A stretch of DNA of 11,793 nt from the NCBI GenBank assembly GCA_963775465.1, contig CAVZIW010000007.1:1-11793 (forward strand), read 5' to 3'. The notes below the pieces were generated by a model. That model ran no database searches and was not told the DNA's origin. It saw only the letters and a list, made by a program, of their open reading frames with translations. Shown here piece by piece: positions 1 to 6,840 of the stretch. Source of the DNA: Candidatus Bathyarchaeota archaeon (GTDB taxonomy: Archaea > Thermoproteota > Bathyarchaeia > Bathyarchaeales > Bathycorpusculaceae). The position numbers and the translations under genes were made by a program. Numbering within the stretch: the first letter of the stretch is position 1; each line of letters opens with the position of its first letter.

Positions 1-198
1 TTTGGCAGGGCCTTAGCAACCCCTCTAAAACCACTAATTATATTTCTTAGATTAATAGAAGTTACATGTTGTTTTGTTTGTATTGAGAACTAACTCGCCT
101 TATTGTTTTTCTCCTCGGTGCTCGAGCCAAGGGCTAACCTGCGAAATAGCGAAAACAAATAATAGTAGGGAATTCTTTTTTTAATGTAGGCGTCTTGT

Positions 199-1449
199 AT
201 GCATAAATTATTGTTAATTATTATTTTGGTTATGTTCAGTTTTTCTTTGTTTTTACCGTTTTCTTTGGCTCAACAAAATGATTCTTGGCCGATGTTTCAT
301 GCGAACCCAACGCATAGTGGCTACATTAACGCGGTAGGTCCCTCAACTAATGAGACGTTATGGACTTATAGCACAAACGGTTGGATAATGGATTCACCGG
401 CAGTAGTAGATGACGTAGTCTATTTCAGTTGGGGAGATAAAGGGTACGTTGAAGGCCCCAACAACTATTTGGTTGCACTGAACGCTAACGATGGAACAGA
501 GTTATGGAGTTTTCCTACAGATGGTAAAATCTACAGTTCGCCTGCAGTTGCTAACGGGGTAGTCTACTTTGGTTCTGATGATAAAGCAATCTATGCAGTT
601 AATGCTTCAACTGGCAATGAAATCTGGAAGTGTATAACTGATGATCAAGCGCAGGGTTCACCCACGATTGCAGATGGGATTGTTTATGCTGGGTCAAATG
701 ACGGCAAATTATACGCGTTTGATGCAACTTTGGGTATGCCAATTTGGAATTTCACTACAGGAGGCTTAGTTACTTGCTCGCCGGCTGTGGCAGATGGAGT
801 GGTTTACTTTGGTTCATACGACCAGAAAGTTTACGCACTTGATGCAATGACAGGTGCAGAAAAGTGGGCTTTTAAAACCGACAGCGTTGTGGCTTCTGCA
901 CCATTAGTTGCGAATGGCAACGTTTACGTAGGGAGTTTTGATAATCAAACCTACGCTTTGAATGCTCAATCGGGAGATTTAGTTTGGAAAGTTGAAACTG
1001 GTTATGACCAATGCGTTCAAGCTTCACCAGCATTTGCAAACGGCGTTCTCTATACAGGGGGCGCTTTTGACAAGAAAGTCTATGCCCTCAATCCTGCTAC
1101 AGGAGTTGAGAAATGGACATTTACTCTGGATGAAGGTCTGACTACGGCACCAGCTATAATTGGTAACACTGTATATGTTACCTCAACACTAGGAAACAAG
1201 GCTTATGCGTTAAACGCAGACAACGGCGAAATGCTATGGAGTTATCAGACGGAAGGCAATATTTACTCATCACCTGCAGTGGTTAACGGAATCGCGTATT
1301 TCGGAGATTACGGTGGCGTTTTTTATGCAGTCGGAGCATCTTCAAGTGGCACATCCTCAGCAGACTACACAACAATTTATTTAATTGCAATTGCTATCGT
1401 GATTGTTGTGGTAGTTGTGGTTGCAGTGTTAGCTCTTAAAAGAAGATAG
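199..1449 (+). CDS. Secreted, C-terminally membrane-anchored PQQ-binding-like (BamB-type) 8-bladed beta-propeller repeat protein
   Basis: 416-aa ORF with an N-terminal signal peptide, the WPMFHANPTHSG motif typical of archaeal PQQ-repeat proteins, and eight ~40-aa repeats of the form S-S-P-A-V-x-x-G-V-V-Y-F-G-S-x-D-x-x-x-Y-A-L-N-A-x-x-G-x-x-x-W. Ends in a Ser linker, a hydrophobic TM helix and a KRR tail; several N-x-S/T sequons. Confidence 0.92.
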   Translation: MHKLLLIIILVMFSFSLFLPFSLAQQNDSWPMFHANPTHSGYINAVGPSTNETLWTYSTNGWIMDSPAVVDDVVYFSWGDKGYVEGPNNYLVALNANDGTELWSFPTDGKIYSSPAVANGVVYFGSDDKAIYAVNASTGNEIWKCITDDQAQGSPTIADGIVYAGSNDGKLYAFDATLGMPIWNFTTGGLVTCSPAVADGVVYFGSYDQKVYALDAMTGAEKWAFKTDSVVASAPLVANGNVYVGSFDNQTYALNAQSGDLVWKVETGYDQCVQASPAFANGVLYTGGAFDKKVYALNPATGVEKWTFTLDEGLTTAPAIIGNTVYVTSTLGNKAYALNADNGEMLWSYQTEGNIYSSPAVVNGIAYFGDYGGVFYAVGASSSGTSSADYTTIYLIAIAIVIVVVVVVAVLALKRR

Positions 1450-1472
1450 GAACAAAAGGTTCCTTTTTTTCT
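1448..1472 (+). terminator. Short hairpin plus oligo-T terminator of the beta-propeller gene
   Basis: AGGAAC (1448-1453) / GTTCCT (1459-1464) stem directly after the stop codon, followed by a T7 run. Confidence 0.6.
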
Positions 1473-1656
1473 ATTGTTTATGATTTAAGAGTTAGTTCCT
1501 ATCAGGGTTCGAATTTGATTGAGACTGTTATTGTCTATTGCAAAATGATAATAATACTGCATGCTTGCCAATCAAACGTTAGCTTATTTGTTGAACAAGA
1601 TAGATATACAGCCTTTTAAACCAAAGCGTTTTAAGGATCTAATCTAAAGATAATGT

Positions 1657-2562
1657 ATGAACGGTTTTAGTTTGGTTTTACTTGGTGTAGTGCTAATTGT
1701 TGTTGGCTACGCTTTATGGAAAATTCAAGGAAAATTAAAAGATGTAACATTAGCAGTCGATTCTGGTTTTAAATCGATTGAAGATGGAATCGCCCAAAAC
1801 CTTCTGGGTCCAAATGGCGCCCTCACAAAAGCCACAACCGCCGTGGACCAAAATTATACGACAATTAACTATGGAATAAAAAACAACATTTTTGGCCCGA
1901 CCGGATTGTTAAGCAAAAGCCGATACATCATGAATTACGCTAATTCCATATGCATAGGTGTTGGCAACGACATCCATGCTGGGAAACTTATATTGCAAAA
2001 TGATATTCGAAAAACAACGGGTGACATTGAGACTATTCTTGATGATGCTGGAAATCCATTGGTTAACGCGGGAAAATGGCTAAACAAAATGGGTGATGAC
2101 ATCGATATTGATATTGCCGGTGCGCATCCATTGCATGATTTGGCAAAGCCTTTCCATGATACGGGAAACACAACCAAAGATATTGGAAATTTATGTTTAT
2201 CAGCTGGAAATAAACTCCGGTTAGCAGATTTAAAAATAATTCAAGCTGAAACCTCGCTGGAGGACATTTCATTTAAGGTTAAAGCTTTGGGACCAGAAAT
2301 TATTCAAGTCAGAGACTACATAGACACTTCTTTCACTAACGGTATCAATACTTCACTAGATGATCTAAAACAGGTTACAGATAGCGTCAAAACACTTTTG
2401 TCAACTCTGGAAAACGGAGCTCAAACTTCAGTGAATAATCTAAAAAACGCAAATACCTATCTCGATTCGTTGCTAAACAATATCTTCCAAAAACAACTGA
2501 TAATTGCATTGTTTTCTGCAGGGATTGTTTTAATATTGACTGGAGGGGCAATCGGCCTTTAG
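1657..2562 (+). CDS. Hypothetical membrane protein with N- and C-terminal TM helices enclosing a long amphipathic helical region
   Basis: 301-aa ATG ORF; hydrophobic segments at aa ~4-21 and ~281-301; internal 29-aa repeat and Gly heptads. No recognisable family motif. Confidence 0.8.
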   Translation: MNGFSLVLLGVVLIVVGYALWKIQGKLKDVTLAVDSGFKSIEDGIAQNLLGPNGALTKATTAVDQNYTTINYGIKNNIFGPTGLLSKSRYIMNYANSICIGVGNDIHAGKLILQNDIRKTTGDIETILDDAGNPLVNAGKWLNKMGDDIDIDIAGAHPLHDLAKPFHDTGNTTKDIGNLCLSAGNKLRLADLKIIQAETSLEDISFKVKALGPEIIQVRDYIDTSFTNGINTSLDDLKQVTDSVKTLLSTLENGAQTSVNNLKNANTYLDSLLNNIFQKQLIIALFSAGIVLILTGGAIGL

Positions 2563-2672
2563 TCGGACCCATATTAGAACATTTTTGAAAAGCTACTGAA
2601 AAAAATAACGTTTAATATATCAGCCCATTTTTAGGGAAAAAAAGAAAAAGACGATTTGCCCAAGACCGCACC

Positions 2673-3185
2673 TTACATTTTGTCTATTAACTCCATTATC
2701 TTGACGTAGGTTTCCACGTTACAGCGCCAACCTGAAGAAACCATGTCTTTAACAGCGCCTTTGGCTTGCTCTTTTGACAGGAATCCTTCAGAAACTGCCC
2801 TTGCCAAAATATATGGTGTGCCCACGTAACTGATTTTGTAGACTTTAGCGGTTTTCCTCGCCACCGCATCATCAATAGCAGCCAGACCCGCATGTTACTT
2901 GGCAAGTGCTAAAACCTCCGCATCCGCAGCATGGAGTCCCCGTGTCTTGGACAACCGTGAAAGGAACAGTTGGTCTTTAGGGTTGCACAGTCTAAAAACT
3001 CCGTTTTCAAACAGTTTTTCCAAAGCAAAAGCGTTTGGGACGCCTTTTTGTTTGCCTTTATCCACCACTTCAGTTTTAACCAGCGGAAAAGACAACTTTT
3101 CATCTTGCAGGATTTCAATAATCCCACTCAATCCCCCCTTAGACAAGTAAATCAGAGGGGTGGAATTGAAAACTAACGGTTTCAA
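2673..3185 (-). pseudogene. DUF3368-family PIN-domain (VapC-like) protein interrupted by an in-frame TAA
   Basis: ORFs 2895-3185 and 2673-2864 are in the same frame. Read-through gives MKPLVFNSTPLIYL...ADAEVLALAK*HAGLAAIDDAVARKTAKVYKISYVGTPYILARA...SGWR, which has the DUF3368 pattern (NSTPLI, AE.LALA, IDD..AR, GT..IL..A, G[WF]R). The stop is at 2895-2897. Confidence 0.85.
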
Positions 3186-3256
3186 TCGCGTTTAACCGCC
3201 GATGCTTCTTTGAATTCTTTTTCAACGTCTTCAGGTTCAAATCTGACCCATTCAAC
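3182..3256 (-). pseudogene. 3' remnant of a UPF0175-like antitoxin partner gene
   Basis: Frame reads VEWVRFEPEDVEKEFKEASAVKRD*, and its TGA overlaps the TTG start of the PIN gene (TTGA coupling). This acidic C-terminus resembles UPF0175 proteins, which usually precede DUF3368. The upstream HTH part and start codon are absent. Confidence 0.6.
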
Positions 3257-3269
3257 AGGACTAAAAAGT

Positions 3270-3381
3270 GAGGGTTTGCTGGGGCTCTGGACCAAGTTTA
3301 GGAGAAAAGGTAAGGAGCAGCACTCGTCACCGCATGGGACGTGTGAATTTTACCCAGAGCCCTCTCAGCCCCCAATTTTTT
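3270..3381. ncRNA. Candidate structured RNA / repeated hairpin element, strand unresolved
   Basis: GGGCTCTGG (3282-3290) pairs perfectly with CCAGAGCCC (3354-3362), extended by GCTG/CAGC and GGG/CCC. Inner hairpin at 3321-3345, purine-rich single-stranded segment at 3300-3317, T-runs available on both strands, and a similar sequence at 1-25. Confidence 0.45.
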
Positions 3382-3394
3382 GCCGATGCATTCT

Positions 3395-3410
3395 AAAAAA
3401 AGAAAAAAGG
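3395..3410 (-). terminator. Oligo-T terminator of the 858-aa gene
   Basis: Minus strand reads CCTTTTTTCTTTTTTT about 20 nt after the TAG stop. Confidence 0.6.
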
Positions 3411-3431
3411 AAATTTTTTGGTTTTGACTGG

Positions 3432-6008
3432 CTAAGGTTTTTTTCTTAGCAACAGCAATGCCAATACAAATCCTACTATTGCTATGGCAATAATTATGCC
3501 AGCAACTGCTGGAATAAAGTATTGATCCATCGAAGATGTAACAGATTGTGTTTGCATTGTTGGTGTAGCTGTTGGTTCAGCAACAACAAAACTTGTTTCT
3601 GCATTAGATGGCCAGTAAGATTCTGAACCTGCAAATGTAGCAATTACTGTATAATCGCCTGAGATGTCAGGTGTCCAAGTGTAACTAAACATACCGCTTG
3701 CATCGCTAGTGGCTGTTCCAATAGGTCTATAGTTTCCGTTTGAATCAACAACGTTGAGTTCCACTGAAACTCCAACTGTATTTGTCGGTTTCGGCTTTTG
3801 CATGTAGACATACTCCATCCATTGTGCTTGACTCGCATCTGAAACTGCTGGAACACCGTTGGGGAATCTTGCCGCTTGTTGTTCTTGATTTGTGCCTGCT
3901 GAAATGTCAGTGACTGTTCCTCTTATTATCAAGGGTTTACCTGATTCTACTGCTGTCAGTGGTGCTTGTACTGTTAATGCACTTGGTCCTTTGCCTACGC
4001 AATAAAGTTGCATATCATAGCAGTTGAGGTAGACTAAGAATCCGTCTGCAATGCGGTCATAGCCTGCAGCATCCATTCCAGTTCCCCAACCCATCAGGGT
4101 CCAAATTTCGGTTCCGTCAGTTGCGTTAATACAGCGGTATCTAGCGTCTTTGTAGAATGGTGAGTCGGGTGAATGTTCCGTTGAAGCTAATATAATTTTT
4201 CCGTCAGCGACTACATCAACAAAAGTTGGATAAGTACCGTAAGGTGTTGTGAATCCGGCATATGTACTGTTACCTTCTCCGCCGTTGCCGTAAGTCCAGA
4301 GTAAGTCTCCAGTTTTGTCATCAAAGCAATAGAGTATTCCACCATATCCTGAATAGAAAATTTTGCCATAGGCAATAGTTTCCAGTTGTCTGAAGTACGT
4401 GTAATCATTTGTTGGTTCAGTTGTCCACATTAGACTGCCATCTGTTAAGCTGTATCCTTTCATTTGGTTAGTTTCGCGGTAAGAGAGCACAAAAACGTTG
4501 TTTTCTACATCCCAATTTGTGATTGCAGTAGTTATGTTTCCATCAAGTGGTGCGAAGTATTTTGTCCACAAAATTTGTCCGACTGAAGTTGGTTTAAGGC
4601 TAATGGCTGTAATGTTTGCACCTTCAGAAACTGTGGTGCGAGCTCCAAAAGTACCTTCCACAAGAAGCAACATGTTGTCTAAGCTAACTCGATCAACTCG
4701 CCAGGACCCAGAATTAGAAAGTGCTATCGAGACATTATAGTCGTAGCGAGAAGCTAATCCTGCGTCAATGGTTCCTGAGTACCAACCGCCAATTCCTGTG
4801 CCAGAACTGTAGCCAACTGTCTTTGAAGAGTTCCATTGTAATAGTCGCCAGTTTGGATTAGTTGAATTTCCAATGTTTACAACATCATATCTTAGAATTT
4901 CACCGTTTGGACCTGCTACTGCAGATAATACCGTGTCAGTTCTTGGAACATTTGTTACATTCATGCTAGTAAGTTTGCCCGTTGTAGGATCATATGCACT
5001 TGCGAAGTTGTTTGTGAATAACAAACCTTCTGGGAGAATACCGTGTTGATTAGGGTCATCATTTGCGTATAAATAACCAAATGTAGGAGCGCCCGCCTCT
5101 GATACGTCGGTTCTCCAAAGCTCTTGACCTGTTCGCAAATTAACTGCAACATAGTCTCCGCCTCCGCCTGAATTACCATATGGTTCTTGGTAGTAGAGTG
5201 TTCCTTGCATTATTATGGCATTACTGAATCTTGAATTGTATGAACTGCCCGTATAGAACATTTCACCAACGATTCCTGTGCTGTTACCTGCTATGAGACC
5301 TCCTGATTGAATCGGTTTTGTCCACATCACATGGGCACTGTTAGGGGCTGCACCATCGGGTTGAACTCTTCCAAAATAGTTCCCTGAGGTACCACTTCCA
5401 AGAGCTACACCTGAGGTAATGTAAGGTTCGCCAAGCCAGTTTGATGAAATTGATGCCCAGTCAGTATTTTGTCCCTCAATTGGGTAGTTCCAATATTCGG
5501 TTGGTAGCGGATAGCTTGTTATTGGGTCTGGTATTTGTTCGTCTTGTACAGTTAAGGTTGTTGTTTTGGAAGCCGCCAGGAAAATATCATTTTGATATGC
5601 ACCGCTCCAGGTATATGTCTGCTGAGGATAATCAAATTTAAAAGTGTAAGTTCCAACTTGGTCAGGTGTGTATCTAACGTACTGTACATTCGTTGGGTCG
5701 GTGATTACATCCCAGTGTTGTGTTTCAGTTGTATTGTCTGGTTTTGTAATTGTTAGCGTGTAGTCATGTCGTCTAATATCATTTTCCAAAGTGGCACCAG
5801 GCATAGGTGCATCTATCCACATTACAACAGCCATTGTTTGTCCGACGCCTACAGGGTTTGGTTCAACCATTATGTAAGCGTAGGAGGCGATAGTATACGG
5901 TGGGTTATGCGCGTCAGCATCGGGTATTATAAGAATTGATGTTCCCATTAAGATGATAAAGAATGTTGACATCAAAATAGCCATAGTTTTATTTTTGTTG
6001 TTTTGCAT
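3432..6008 (-). CDS. Large cell-surface glycoprotein with PQQ-like beta-propeller repeats and flanking Ig-like domains
   Basis: 858-aa ORF with a signal peptide, an N-terminal Ig-like segment (PNPVGVGQ...TITKPD...YTPDQVGTYTF), PQQ-type blades (AVNLRTGQELW, CFDDKTGDLLWTY, CINATDGTEIW) and a C-terminal Ig-like segment (FSYTWTPDISGDYTVIATFAGSESYWPS). Ends in a Thr/Pro linker, TM helix and RKKP tail; many N-x-S/T sequons; AGGAGA RBS upstream. Resembles the multi-copy family I recall from Bathyarchaeia genomes. Confidence 0.9.
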   Translation of the reverse strand: MQNNKNKTMAILMSTFFIILMGTSILIIPDADAHNPPYTIASYAYIMVEPNPVGVGQTMAVVMWIDAPMPGATLENDIRRHDYTLTITKPDNTTETQHWDVITDPTNVQYVRYTPDQVGTYTFKFDYPQQTYTWSGAYQNDIFLAASKTTTLTVQDEQIPDPITSYPLPTEYWNYPIEGQNTDWASISSNWLGEPYITSGVALGSGTSGNYFGRVQPDGAAPNSAHVMWTKPIQSGGLIAGNSTGIVGEMFYTGSSYNSRFSNAIIMQGTLYYQEPYGNSGGGGDYVAVNLRTGQELWRTDVSEAGAPTFGYLYANDDPNQHGILPEGLLFTNNFASAYDPTTGKLTSMNVTNVPRTDTVLSAVAGPNGEILRYDVVNIGNSTNPNWRLLQWNSSKTVGYSSGTGIGGWYSGTIDAGLASRYDYNVSIALSNSGSWRVDRVSLDNMLLLVEGTFGARTTVSEGANITAISLKPTSVGQILWTKYFAPLDGNITTAITNWDVENNVFVLSYRETNQMKGYSLTDGSLMWTTEPTNDYTYFRQLETIAYGKIFYSGYGGILYCFDDKTGDLLWTYGNGGEGNSTYAGFTTPYGTYPTFVDVVADGKIILASTEHSPDSPFYKDARYRCINATDGTEIWTLMGWGTGMDAAGYDRIADGFLVYLNCYDMQLYCVGKGPSALTVQAPLTAVESGKPLIIRGTVTDISAGTNQEQQAARFPNGVPAVSDASQAQWMEYVYMQKPKPTNTVGVSVELNVVDSNGNYRPIGTATSDASGMFSYTWTPDISGDYTVIATFAGSESYWPSNAETSFVVAEPTATPTMQTQSVTSSMDQYFIPAVAGIIIAIAIVGFVLALLLLRKKP

Positions 6009-6015
6009 TTTTCTT

Positions 6016-6107
6016 TCTCCTATTATTTGTGAATCAAGGATTGTCTAAAATTAGAAAGTGCCTTGATCACAAAAGCATTTATGAATTCTTATTGTTTATA
6101 AGCTTAT
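6016..6107 (-). promoter_or_regulatory. Promoter (TATA), 5'-UTR stem-loop and RBS of the 858-aa gene
   Basis: Minus-strand CTTATAAA at 6095-6102; inverted repeat 6026-6039 / 6061-6073; AGGAGA at 6016-6021, 7 nt before the ATG. Confidence 0.55.
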
Positions 6108-6232
6108 CATATATCCAAGTAAAACAGAGAAAAACTCGAACGGCACCAAAAAAATAAGATATTCCCCCGAACAGAACGAAAATATCTTCAGTCTACCCTC
6201 GTTTCTCTCAAATTGTCCCCTCCTCTGTGAGA

Positions 6233-6294
6233 GTTTCATTTCGATTTGTTGTGTTTCATGTTTGTTTCAGTTTTGTTTCAGCCAACTTCTATAC
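6233..6294 (+). promoter_or_regulatory. Phased direct-repeat operator (TGTTTCA x3, 11-bp period) next to a weak TATA-like box
   Basis: TGTTTCA at 6252, 6263 and 6274, an extra GTTTCA at 6233, then CTTCTATAC at 6286-6294, upstream of the gene at 6333. Confidence 0.5.
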
Positions 6295-6332
6295 CAGCCC
6301 ATGACCATATTAGTATATGGTGATAAAACAAA

Positions 6333-6638
6333 ATGAACACAAAAGTAATAATTGCACTCGTCGCGGTCACGGCGCTTGCTCTGGCCGCAGTCGGACTGGC
6401 AGCAGCCCAAATAGCTCAAAACCAAACCCAAATAGTTCCCGGCGCAGACCCCAACACGGTCCCTGCTGAAGGATTTTGGGGCTGGATAGGCAACTGCTTT
6501 GGATACCGTACAGCTGAACCAAACCAGGGGCAGTACGTTGTTCCGCCAGCAGTCTCTGATGGTCAAGCTCCTGCACCATACCAAAACGGCTACGGCTACG
6601 CAAATGGATATGGGTATGGTCCTTGCTGGGCAAGATAA
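6333..6638 (+). CDS. Small exported or membrane-anchored hypothetical protein with a Gly/Tyr-rich C-terminus
   Basis: 101-aa ATG ORF preceded by a GGTGAT RBS; hydrophobic N-terminal signal/TM segment; Gln/Pro-rich middle; GFWGWIGNCFG motif; NGYGYANGYGYGPCWAR tail; T-rich terminator follows. Confidence 0.8.
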   Translation: MNTKVIIALVAVTALALAAVGLAAAQIAQNQTQIVPGADPNTVPAEGFWGWIGNCFGYRTAEPNQGQYVVPPAVSDGQAPAPYQNGYGYANGYGYGPCWAR

Positions 6639-6650
6639 GCCAAACACAAA

Positions 6651-6672
6651 CTCTTTTTTGTTTCCCTTTTTT
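6651..6672 (+). terminator. Oligo-T terminator of the 101-aa gene
   Basis: CTCTTTTTTGTTTCCCTTTTTT starting 13 nt after the stop codon. Confidence 0.55.
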
Positions 6673-6840
6673 AGTTTGTCATTAGTTATTAATTTTTTCA
6701 TACATTAAATCATGAAAAGGCATTTTATTTTTTTATTAGCAGCCCAAATGCGGGTTTGGTAAATGGTTATTGGTGAGAACATTGATAATAAAAGAGTCCA
6801 CTCTGATGTAATTAACTGCGCTTAGGTTGTCTGAGATAGC

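Noticed and set aside
1501-1520. GGGTTCGAAT resembling a tRNA T-loop
   Set aside because: No proper T-stem register, acceptor stem or anticodon arm around it.
2895-2897. In-frame stop as possible selenocysteine/pyrrolysine recoding
   Set aside because: The codon is TAA, not TGA or TAG, and TAA terminates other genes in this window normally.
3296-3325. AGG...AAGGAGCAGCA resembling SRP RNA helix 8
   Set aside because: Lacks the CAGG-stem-GNRA-stem-AGCAG symmetry and is far shorter than archaeal 7S RNA.
3210-3449. 79-aa plus-strand ORF across the hairpin element
   Set aside because: TTG start without RBS, antisense to the antitoxin remnant and to the end of the 858-aa gene, and no protein-like motif.
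6233-6283. GTTTCA repeats as a degenerate CRISPR array (many archaeal repeats begin GTTTCA)
   Set aside because: The period is 11 bp, with no 24-40-nt repeat, no spacers and no cas genes.
6267-6708. Overlapping ORFs 6267-6701 (-), 6367-6633 (-) and 6499-6708 (+)
   Set aside because: Shadow frames of the 6333-6638 gene, which has the RBS, signal peptide and terminator.
6739-6749. GCAGCCCAAAT also present at 6402-6412
   Set aside because: An isolated 11-mer with no flanking similarity; compatible with chance in 11.8 kb.
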